Shown: piece after piece, positions 39,901 through 47,681 of the stretch | Numbering within the stretch: position 1 is the first letter of the stretch | Layout: every line of letters begins with the position of its first letter | Assembly (NCBI GenBank): GCA_049322915.1 | Contig: JBMOPW010000014.1 | Location: 344,983 to 408,982 of the forward strand | DNA from: Candidatus Zhuqueibacterota bacterium | GTDB lineage: Bacteria > Zhuqueibacterota > Zhuqueibacteria > Thermofontimicrobiales > Thermofontimicrobiaceae | Direction of reading: 5' to 3' | DNA: 64,000 bases | Made by a program: the position numbers and the translations under genes | The notes under the pieces: generated by a model | What the model saw: only the letters and a program-made list of their open reading frames with translations | Databases searched by the model: none | What the model was told of the DNA's origin: nothing

Positions 39901-40699
39901 AAACAATGCCCTCGTACCCGCTGGAGATCTGATAGGTATCATTGTCAGCCGCGACTTTGATCGGCAAAATGGAGCAGTTCCAGCCTGCGCCGGCAACGCC
40001 GGTAATATTGTCGGTCACGGCCGAGGCGATGCCTGCGGTGTGAGTCCCGTGGACGGCGATGCCGGATGGATCTGTTCCGTGACCCGGATTATTGTCGTTA
40101 TCGCCGAAATCCCAGCCGTAAAAGTCATCGGTGTAGCCATTGCCGTCATCGTCAACTCCGGCGCTGCCCGACGCTTCCACCAGGTTGATTCGAATGTTGG
40201 CGGCTAAATCCGGATGATGAAAATCGGTGCCGTTATCGACAATGGCAATGACGGTCGATTCAGAGCCTTTTTGAATGTCCCAGCCCATGAATAGTCCGAT
40301 CTGTTCCAGATGTGACTGGCGCGAAACCAATGTATCGTTGGGAATTGTCCCTTCGACGTAGGAAATATATGTGGGTTCGACATATTCAAAAATATGTGAA
40401 TCGAAAATGCCTGCGGCGAATTCTTCCGGGGGAATGGATTTCGGGAACACGATTTTGTAAAATCGGGAAAGGTCGGGGTGTTCCGTGGCCTGGAAAATTT
40501 TCCCGATGGCAGAAATCGGCAGGTTGTGACCGGGCGCTGCTGATAACTGATTCAGCATCGAAATACTTTTACCGGCCTTCACCTTTGCGACAACGGTCCC
40601 CGGGACAGTCCTGTCCCCCTGATATGGCTGCGAGTCCCTTGCCATTCCATGCCGGAACAGGAATAAAAATACCTGGGCGATTATAAATACTCTTTTCAT
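36926..40699 (-). CDS. Secreted S8 subtilisin-like serine protease, multidomain, with CTD
   Basis: Triad motifs VDNG, HGTHTAG, SGSSMASP; DDDGNGY.DD..GWDF insert; downstream alpha/beta, Ig-like and jelly-roll (GWFIDDI) domains; NVPNPFN CTD. Confidence 0.92.
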   Translation of the reverse strand: MKRVFIIAQVFLFLFRHGMARDSQPYQGDRTVPGTVVAKVKAGKSISMLNQLSAAPGHNLPISAIGKIFQATEHPDLSRFYKIVFPKSIPPEEFAAGIFDSHIFEYVEPTYISYVEGTIPNDTLVSRQSHLEQIGLFMGWDIQKGSESTVIAIVDNGTDFHHPDLAANIRINLVEASGSAGVDDDGNGYTDDFYGWDFGDNDNNPGHGTDPSGIAVHGTHTAGIASAVTDNITGVAGAGWNCSILPIKVAADNDTYQISSGYEGIVYAADNGAHIINLSWGRSGAYSQFEQDIIDYAAHRGCIIIAAGGNTNMNANFYPASYVHVVAVAAVNDRDEKASYATYGTFIDLSAPGGDKSTGRPGILSTIPVDRGSYGEMSGSSMASPVVAGVLGLMKSQFPTFNALQLKRQLILTADPIDPVNPGYTNLLGAGRVNAYRALTEDVQDEIPANIEFFKAAVSDAVWGNGNFLIERGEEIGLDLWFRNYSISPASFLEVTLTTSDDQIRITEGYSRLNQIPPDTVFAVHNILRFAISSNAEPHVAQLLCQHRTDQGKVGSDTISVMIGKRAVLLVDDDDGYRNVEGFYSTALSSLNVPFLIWDHSRLGTPPARTLSHFPTVIWFCEWAFPSLSPEDRMALQDYLNQGGHLFLSGQDIGWDLADPGGDGNNQFSESSVDFYQHYLHSDYREDHSRSALVQGIPGTPGQGLEFTIYQPDIPPHFQFPDWLEPMPDAVSCFRYDSDRGAGVFFEKSHRVLNLGFGFEAADASRNADPTAPSRIRRELMERILNAMGPMLHTPLADSETSPDSICFTVDLSPRVSDINSLSLFWKTDAMSDYEESPMSPVSLSQFQKFIRLNSPVGEVRYYFGMKSPYYQHTLPVTGEAAPFIFLLGSDQTAPTILFSPLPDIFLQKASRPIRVFVEDNLAVAPNSVWLHWAAATGADSLPLTLAEPHWFSGAIPAGIPVGDTVRYYVSAYDAATVPNRAVSDIQSYAVGFENFEHGLTLWRSDSDSWALDDNEAFSGSYCISTGPGAPYPNDSNASLYADGAIPRSSLYQFVLHFRTKYDIEAGVDFGFTEISLDGGANWQFIGEALSGTQDDWRQVFVDLDPFAGVGDDSLLLRFRLATDSSQTRPMAGWFIDDICIQSRAASEIVEGKSASHAPVQSLRIRPNVPNPFNAVTVIEIEASLPGDARLAVYNLRGQVVVSIPVNIVAPGVHKIFWDGRDTHGQSCGSGVYFAQVQMHQANRLMRSNTVKLIYLR

Positions 40700-40817
40700 T
40701 GATATGAGAATTTATGGTCATTACGAAAATTTCGTTCTTTGTAATTTGTTTAAACGAAACGGAATTACAAAGGTTCATCGGCCAGTGAAGCGATGGCGCG
40801 TGGAAGGCCGTTATCGG

Positions 40818-41027
40818 CTACCGGATCAAAATCATTTTGATGCTCCTGGAAAAATCACCGGCCTGAATGCGGCAGAAATAGACGCCGCTGGGACAATCGC
40901 CGGCGTCCCAGATTTTTGCATAGGAATTGGCTGACTGCTTTTCATTGACCAGCTCGGCAACTTGCTGGCCTCTGATGTTGTAAATACCCACCTGCACCCG
41001 GGCCGGTTCGGTTATGGTGTAGCGGAT
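40818..41027. repeat. CTD-coding repeat, copy 1
   Basis: 210 bp with only 2 mismatches to 43036-43245. Confidence 0.9.
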
Positions 41028-42956
41028 GCAGGTTTCGGCATTGAATGGATTAGGGTAGTTTTGGCTTAGAATAAAAAGTGACGGTGAAATCTCAATTGCA
41101 CAATTTTCAATAGAATTGATGGGAGTAAAATATCGGAGTGCATTCCCGACGACGCTTGTTATATTGGGTTCTGTCCAATAATCACCCGGCTGTGCTTGCA
41201 GGCAAAGTTGATCAAAGGACAAGAAAACAGTGGATGAATGAGGACCAAATTTATGAATTCCCATTGCCCTTCCCTGGGCAGAATCGGTGAAGCAAACCGT
41301 TGCCGCATCCGTCGGAATAAAGGCGTCCGCCCAATTGGTAAAGCCCAACTCATACTTACAATTTAAATAAAGCTTCAGGCTATCGCCTATAAACTCAGCC
41401 AATTCACCGCTAATCCAGTCATTTTTTACAGGGTTGATCGGAAACGGATCAGTCGCGATATCGTGTCCTGCGCCTCCAATATATTCAATGCCCAAATATT
41501 TATAATGCCAATCGTCCGGGGCGAATGTAGTGTCATCTTCCATTTCCCAACCGCCGCAGAGAAATCCTGCCCAATCCTGGGACGACCAAAACAGGCATCT
41601 GTACTTGGACTCCAATTCCCCTGATTCAAACCAGGCGCCAACAACGTCATCGTTCATCCATGCCGGCGAGTATGCATCTATCTGAACGAGATAGTTGTAT
41701 TGATTAATTAAGTCCGGTGTGAGTGGTCCGTCGGTTAATCCAATCCATGCATCGTAGGAATATGGCGTCCCATATTGATCTACCCACAGATTGTCATAGT
41801 AGGGATGGAGAATAATGGACGCATCATAGGATGTCCCGTCATCGTTATAAAATACTAACAGTTCATGCATCTTCTTGAAATAGCGAAATGAATATGCACC
41901 GCTATTCGCGACATGTCCACTTTTATCGACCGCTTGAAACTCATAGGTCAGTACATCGCCGGGGTCCATGTAACCAGCAGGTAAAACGGCCTCCCACGTT
42001 CCTTCTATATCTGTACCACTGACCAGGTACATTTTCAAAGTGGAATAATCCCCATCATTTATCTTATAGAAAAGTCTGGCAGAGTCTATTCCTGCCTTGT
42101 CTGGTGATTGTGCATCTAAATCCCAAATGTGACATCTCAATGGCTTTGGATTAGAATTAAGAACGGTACCGTAGGTTTCGGGATTTAGCCACGGTACAGG
42201 GGGATATCCAAATATTTCAACGACAATCAGCCAGGCGCAGGAGTAATTTCGAACCACCCATTGTGGTTCAAAGTCTCCCCAACCTAACTGATAATACTTG
42301 GCTAAACGCAAACCATCATTTTCTCCATTATAGGCCATGGCTTCATTCCCCATGTAATTGCCACCATACGGAACAATAGAAATTATGAATCCTTCACCAG
42401 GATCAAATACATCGCTACCCATTTCAGTCCACACTCGTTCTCCATCAATAATGGGCACAGAAACATTGCCCCACAATTTTTCACCTAAAATTGAGTCATA
42501 GCCAAGAGAATCTTTAACTGGGCAACCACCATTGTTCCATTTTTCGGTCGGAAAGTACCATGGATGCACTCGTTTGTGTATCATTAAATGGAATCCCTCT
42601 GCAATAGGGATACTGCCCCATGCATGCCCGGTAATTCCCACGGCACGAATGTAAAGAGAAGCTGATAATTCATAGTAGGATGAAAGGGTATCGCCGGACA
42701 TGACTCCAAAGTTCGTGTCATAAGTAGGGTAATGTGAAATTGTGTCTGGAACTCCGAGTTGAAAATTAGATAGAGAATTTTGAAGAGAAATTGTTTCATT
42801 ATTCAATAATTGTTTTAACTGCTTCTTTGAAATGGGAATCACATCGCTTTTTACACCCGGCGTGGTTGGTTTCAGAATGGCATATTTTTGAGCAGACAAA
42901 TTTGAAGCGAAGAAGAAAATGGGTAATAAAACAATACTCGTAATAAATATTTTCAT
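40818..42956 (-). CDS. Secreted CTD protein of unknown function, paralog A
   Basis: Signal peptide, AQKYAILKPTT N-terminus, FWSSQDW motif, CTD; GGAGG RBS; homologous to the three genes upstream of it. Confidence 0.85.
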   Translation of the reverse strand: MKIFITSIVLLPIFFFASNLSAQKYAILKPTTPGVKSDVIPISKKQLKQLLNNETISLQNSLSNFQLGVPDTISHYPTYDTNFGVMSGDTLSSYYELSASLYIRAVGITGHAWGSIPIAEGFHLMIHKRVHPWYFPTEKWNNGGCPVKDSLGYDSILGEKLWGNVSVPIIDGERVWTEMGSDVFDPGEGFIISIVPYGGNYMGNEAMAYNGENDGLRLAKYYQLGWGDFEPQWVVRNYSCAWLIVVEIFGYPPVPWLNPETYGTVLNSNPKPLRCHIWDLDAQSPDKAGIDSARLFYKINDGDYSTLKMYLVSGTDIEGTWEAVLPAGYMDPGDVLTYEFQAVDKSGHVANSGAYSFRYFKKMHELLVFYNDDGTSYDASIILHPYYDNLWVDQYGTPYSYDAWIGLTDGPLTPDLINQYNYLVQIDAYSPAWMNDDVVGAWFESGELESKYRCLFWSSQDWAGFLCGGWEMEDDTTFAPDDWHYKYLGIEYIGGAGHDIATDPFPINPVKNDWISGELAEFIGDSLKLYLNCKYELGFTNWADAFIPTDAATVCFTDSAQGRAMGIHKFGPHSSTVFLSFDQLCLQAQPGDYWTEPNITSVVGNALRYFTPINSIENCAIEISPSLFILSQNYPNPFNAETCIRYTITEPARVQVGIYNIRGQQVAELVNEKQSANSYAKIWDAGDCPSGVYFCRIQAGDFSRSIKMILIR

Positions 42957-43035
42957 CGCGCTTTTCCTCCATTTTTAGGTAGGTCTTAGTTTTGAAAGAG
43001 GGTCTCCATCCGGGAGCTGAAGACCATTTTAGGCG

Positions 43036-43281
43036 CTACCGGATCAAAATCATTTTGATGCTCCTGGAAAAATCACCGGCCTGAATGCGGCAGAAATAGA
43101 CGCCGCTGGGACAATCGCCGGCATCCCAGATTTTTGCATAGGAATTGGCTGACTGCTTTTCATTGACCAGCTCGGCAACTTGCTGGCCTCTGATGTTGTA
43201 AATACCCACCTGCACCCGGGCCGGCTCGGTTATGGTGTAGCGGATTGTCGTTTCCGCATTGAATGGATTGGGGTAGTTTTG
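43036..43281. repeat. CTD-coding repeat, copy 2
   Basis: Near-identical to 40818-41063 and to about 45280-45476. Confidence 0.9.
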
Positions 43282-45150
43282 GATAAGGTTATATTCCTGA
43301 TTTTCAAATATAGCTTTCTGTCCCAAAGAAGTGTTTGAAAAAAACCAGTCCAGCGCATCGTTGACGATACTAACACTATTGGGTTCTGTCCAGTAATCAC
43401 TTGGTTGTGTGGTGAGGCAGGCAGGATCGAAAGTTAAAAACACAGTTTTACTGTTTGCATATTGTTTGTAAATTCCCATTGTCCTGCCCATTTCAGAATC
43501 CATAAAACATGTAATTGCTCCCTCGTCTTTGATAAATGCGTCAGCCAAATCCTCCCAACCCAGGTTGGACGAATTCAGATAAAGTTGAAGGGAATCACCA
43601 AGAAAAGCAGCAAGACGTTGGCTGATAGTGCTTTTAGACGCCGGCTTAATGTGAAAGGGATCAGCAGCAATATCGTGCCCGGCGCCGCCAATGTATTGCA
43701 TGCCAATATATTTATTGTGCCAGTCATCCGGAGCGAACGTGGTGTCATTTTCAATTTCTTTACCGCCGCACAATTTGCTTGCCCATTCCTGCGACGACCA
43801 GAAGTAACATCTGTTCCCTGATTCCAGCCAGGCGCCAATGACATCATCGTTCATTGTTGCCGGCGAGTACGCATCAAGTTGAATGAGATAATTATACGGA
43901 TATATCAATTCAGCGGTGAGAGGCCCATCCGTTAATCCGACCCATAAATCATAGGATAATGCGGCGCCATCGTGAAACCAGAGATTGTCATAGACAGATG
44001 AAACGACCCAGGAGCCATAGGAATTCTCATCGGCGTTATAAAAAACAAGTACTTCATTTCGTTTCGTAAAATATCGGAAGGAATTTTTCTGGGATTTCCC
44101 GACTCTGCCCTCTTTATCGGTGGCCCTGAACCAGTATGTCAGGTTGTCCCCTGGATTCATGTAGCCAGCCGGCAGCACAATTCCCCAGTAGCCGTCTTCG
44201 GTTGTGCCGCTGACGAGTTGCATGTCTAAAGTCGCGGTAGTTCCATTATTTATTTGATAATGAAAAGTGGCGGATTCGATACCATAGGTTTCCGGCAGTT
44301 GCGGATCATACGCAGTGATATGGCATTGCATCATTTTTGTATTGGAATTGAGTACGCTGCCATAGTTCATCGGGATTAATTTTGGAGTTGGGTAAAATTC
44401 AACAACAATTTTCCATGTGCAGGAAAAACCGCGAACGACCCATTGGGGCGCATGCTCATGCCGTCCCTCATGGTAATATTTGGTTAATTGTGCATCCAAT
44501 TTCGATCCTTGATAGGTATCGACATAGGTTCCCATAGAGCCATCGCCAAAGGGCGCCACAGATACGACAAAGCCGTCGCCTTCACTGTTGGGAGTTGCTC
44601 CGAGAGCGCTCATATCTGACCAGAAATACTCTCCCTCTTCAATGGGGACAGGCAGATCGCCCCACATTTTTTCTCCCAGCATCGTGTTGTAATTGAGCGC
44701 TTCTTTGAGATAGCAGGCTTTGTCAACATTCCATAAGTCCGGCGGAAAGAACCAGGGATGCGCTGGTTTATGAATCATCAAATAATAACCACTGGCGATC
44801 ACTTCATTTCCCCAGCTATCGGCAATGATTCCGATAGCGTGAATATAGCACGATCCGGGCGGTTCGTAATATGAAGAAAGCGTATCCCCGGGCCCGACGC
44901 CAAGATTGTATCCGAATGTGTTGCAATGCCACAGCGTATCCAGGTCGGTGAACTGAAAATTGCTTTGATCGAGGGGCAAAGGCGTCCTGTTTTTTTGCAG
45001 CAGCATCGTCACCTGTTTTTCTGAAATGGGGATGATGTCGCTTGGAATCCCGGGCGTGGTTGGCTTGAGCATGCCGTAAATTTGAGCGGAGAGATCAGAA
45101 GCAAGGCCAATAATGAGAATGAAAACAAGACTCATGAAATATTTTTTCAT
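43036..45150 (-). CDS. Secreted CTD protein of unknown function, paralog B
   Basis: Same architecture as paralog A (AQIYGMLKPTT, FWSSQEW, CTD); GAGG RBS. Confidence 0.85.
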   Translation of the reverse strand: MKKYFMSLVFILIIGLASDLSAQIYGMLKPTTPGIPSDIIPISEKQVTMLLQKNRTPLPLDQSNFQFTDLDTLWHCNTFGYNLGVGPGDTLSSYYEPPGSCYIHAIGIIADSWGNEVIASGYYLMIHKPAHPWFFPPDLWNVDKACYLKEALNYNTMLGEKMWGDLPVPIEEGEYFWSDMSALGATPNSEGDGFVVSVAPFGDGSMGTYVDTYQGSKLDAQLTKYYHEGRHEHAPQWVVRGFSCTWKIVVEFYPTPKLIPMNYGSVLNSNTKMMQCHITAYDPQLPETYGIESATFHYQINNGTTATLDMQLVSGTTEDGYWGIVLPAGYMNPGDNLTYWFRATDKEGRVGKSQKNSFRYFTKRNEVLVFYNADENSYGSWVVSSVYDNLWFHDGAALSYDLWVGLTDGPLTAELIYPYNYLIQLDAYSPATMNDDVIGAWLESGNRCYFWSSQEWASKLCGGKEIENDTTFAPDDWHNKYIGMQYIGGAGHDIAADPFHIKPASKSTISQRLAAFLGDSLQLYLNSSNLGWEDLADAFIKDEGAITCFMDSEMGRTMGIYKQYANSKTVFLTFDPACLTTQPSDYWTEPNSVSIVNDALDWFFSNTSLGQKAIFENQEYNLIQNYPNPFNAETTIRYTITEPARVQVGIYNIRGQQVAELVNEKQSANSYAKIWDAGDCPSGVYFCRIQAGDFSRSIKMILIR

Positions 45151-45230
45151 CGCACTTACCTCTTTTCAGTGTGAAAGTTAAATTATATGAACTGGTCACC
45201 AGGTCAGAAATGGTGACCGTCCTGATTCGC

Positions 45231-47432
45231 TCAGCGAATCAAAATCATTTTGATGCTATTTGAAAATTCCCCGGCGTTGATGCGGCAGAAATAGACGCCG
45301 CTGGGACAAGCGCCGGCGTCCCAGATTTTTGCATAGGAATTGGCTGACTGCTTTTCATTGACCAGCTCGGCAACTTGCTGGCCTCTGATGTTGTAAATAC
45401 CCACCTGCACCCGGGCCGGCTCGGTAATGGTGTAGCGAATTGTCGTTTCCGCATTGAATGGATTGGGGTAGTTTTGTTCGAGTTGAAAGTGAGTCGCCGC
45501 AGCCGGCTCAGGGTAACAGGCGACGGATACCGGCGTGCCAAACCAGGTCAACGCGGCGTTGAGGATGCTGTAGACATCGGTCTCGATGTGGTAGGCGCCG
45601 GTTGATTCATCGTAATTGGGCGCCATGTCCGGGTAGGCAGTGTCCAGCGCAAGCTGGTCAAAGGTGAGAAACACAGTTTTATTGCCGGCGTACTCGTTGT
45701 GAACGCCCACGACTTTTTTCCCGGTCCCATCGAAAAAGCAGGCGCTGGCAGTCCCGGCGTCGGACACGGAAATCGCATCGATGAAATTGGGAAAATCGAG
45801 TTCGTAGTAGGGATGGTAATAGAGCACGAGCGAATCGCCCAGAAACGTATCGATGGGCCCGCTGAGAAAATCGGCCGAATCCGGAACGATTTTGAACGGA
45901 TCCATCTGCGTATCGATCCCGCTGATATTTATATCCTGCGGCCCGATCCGTTGAATTCCCAGATACATGGCATGCCAGTCATCCTCTGCAAAGACCGAGT
46001 CTCGCCCGGCGTTGAGACAATACCCCCATTCCTGGGATGACCAGAATAGGCGCCGGCTGCCGCTCGCCAACCAGGCGCCGATGACATCGTCGTTCAGCGT
46101 GGCCGGCGTGAATCCATCCACCTGGACAATATCATTGTAAAGTGCAACCAGGCCTTCGGTGAGAGGCCCGTCCTTTGCGCCGCTCCAGACGTCATAAAGA
46201 TGCTCGCTTCCGGAGAAATAGAGCGACTGCAGGGATTCTGAATAGTCAGAAATATCATTGAAAAAAGCCAGCAGTTTATACCGTTTCAGGAAGCAGAGGA
46301 AGGAATGCTCCCCGGACGTGGCTGTCTGGCCGGCTCTGTCGGTCGCGCTGAAATAAAAGTACAGCGTCTCCCCGGGATGGATGTAGCCGTTGGGCAGGTC
46401 GGCGCGCCAGTTGCCGTTGGTGGCAGTCCCGGCGTAGCGATGCATGTCTATTGAATTGTAAGAACCGTCGTTCAATCTGAAATGGAGCCTGGCGCTGGCA
46501 ACGCCGGCTCGCGCCGAATCAGCCGCATCGTAATCCTGAATGGTGCAGGTGAGCGCTTTGGCAGAGGCGTCGATCACGGTGTAAACAGGGAGAGTCGGCG
46601 TAATCGCCGGCGGTGAATTTTCAGCATATTCCACAACAGCGAACATCTGCCACGTGTAATGGCGAATGTACCAGCCCCATTCTCCGGCTGGCCCTCCGCC
46701 CGGATTGGCGTCGGTATTGTCGTAAAATTTGAGCCCGGGATAGGGCGGGCCATAGTCCGCGGTCGCCAGGATATCCTGCCGGCCCCGGGACGACCAATCA
46801 CGACCGGCCACTGTATAGACAATGGCAAACCGCTCTCCGGCGTTGATGACCGGCTCGGCTTCAAAATCGGCCAGCGCCACTTTGAGCCAGTAGTTATCGT
46901 TAGGGATGGAGACAGAAACGCCGGTCGCGCCGCCCCACATCAGCTCTTTCAGAGGATCGTAACTCCAATCGCTGCCTTTCCAGGAGCCATCGCTGCTGGT
47001 GGTCCCGCAGGCTTCCTGGCCCGTGCCGTAATAGCCGATCCAGCCGGATTCGTCGACCGCGACATCGGGAATGCCCTCTGGGAAGTCGGTTTTGTACAAT
47101 TGCAGCGCGCCGTAGTTGTGATAGCCGCAGCGATAAAAATAGATCCAGACTTCTTTGACAGTGCAGGTCGCCGCTGACTCGAACCATTCGAAAAAGACAT
47201 CCTGACTCCATCCGCCAATGAGGTAATTGTAATCGCCGGGATAAGGCCCCAGCGTGTCAATGGCATCGTTCTTGAAATGGAGTAACTCGGACGTGGCAGC
47301 GATCGTCGGTGAGTGACGCAGTGGGTGTATTTCGCTGGAGTGAGGCCGCAACAGGCCAGTGTGCTGAGATTGTGAAGCGATCGGGCAAAGCAAAAGTGCA
47401 AACAGACTTACCGTTTTTATCTTGATTTTCAT
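45231..47432 (-). CDS. Secreted CTD protein of unknown function, paralog C (most divergent)
   Basis: Shares the Ig-like and FWSSQEW domains and the CTD; the N-domain is divergent; start MKIKIK at 47432 with GGAG RBS. Confidence 0.85.
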   Translation of the reverse strand: MKIKIKTVSLFALLLCPIASQSQHTGLLRPHSSEIHPLRHSPTIAATSELLHFKNDAIDTLGPYPGDYNYLIGGWSQDVFFEWFESAATCTVKEVWIYFYRCGYHNYGALQLYKTDFPEGIPDVAVDESGWIGYYGTGQEACGTTSSDGSWKGSDWSYDPLKELMWGGATGVSVSIPNDNYWLKVALADFEAEPVINAGERFAIVYTVAGRDWSSRGRQDILATADYGPPYPGLKFYDNTDANPGGGPAGEWGWYIRHYTWQMFAVVEYAENSPPAITPTLPVYTVIDASAKALTCTIQDYDAADSARAGVASARLHFRLNDGSYNSIDMHRYAGTATNGNWRADLPNGYIHPGETLYFYFSATDRAGQTATSGEHSFLCFLKRYKLLAFFNDISDYSESLQSLYFSGSEHLYDVWSGAKDGPLTEGLVALYNDIVQVDGFTPATLNDDVIGAWLASGSRRLFWSSQEWGYCLNAGRDSVFAEDDWHAMYLGIQRIGPQDINISGIDTQMDPFKIVPDSADFLSGPIDTFLGDSLVLYYHPYYELDFPNFIDAISVSDAGTASACFFDGTGKKVVGVHNEYAGNKTVFLTFDQLALDTAYPDMAPNYDESTGAYHIETDVYSILNAALTWFGTPVSVACYPEPAAATHFQLEQNYPNPFNAETTIRYTITEPARVQVGIYNIRGQQVAELVNEKQSANSYAKIWDAGACPSGVYFCRINAGEFSNSIKMILIR
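45280..45476. repeat. CTD-coding repeat, copy 3
   Basis: Near-identical core (ATGCGGCAGAAATAGACG...GGGTAGTTTTG); the last ~50 bp of the gene have diverged. Confidence 0.85.
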
Positions 47433-47605
47433 GTGACCAACTCCCAATGTCGGTTTTGTTTTCTATCAACAAAACGAGCGTCAGGCTGAGAGCAGTGTAG
47501 CATGGCAGGAACTCATTTTCCTCAGGTCCAGCGCCCGCCGGCGCTTTTGGTGGGAAGATTTTTGTTTCGATTGCAAAATCACTGACTTCCAGAATCATTT
47601 CGGCT

Positions 47606-47645
47606 AAAAAAAACCGTTGAGGAGATACCGCCCTCCTCAACGGTT
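47606..47645 (-). terminator. Rho-independent terminator after paralog D
   Basis: 13-bp stem AACCGTTGAGGAG/CTCCTCAACGGTT followed by a T run on the minus strand. Confidence 0.85.
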
Positions 47646-47681
47646 AACAAATTCACTTACCCTATAAAACGAGATCAAAGA

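Noticed and set aside
39083..40207. Long antisense ORFs (374 aa here; also 161-745, 38321-39073, 59990-60877, 62017-62862)
   Set aside because: They are shadows of well-supported genes on the opposite strand and have no motifs of their own.
40818..45476. CTD repeats as the template/variable repeats of a diversity-generating retroelement
   Set aside because: No reverse transcriptase in the window; all copies are inside coding genes; the differences are few, largely synonymous and not adenine-specific.
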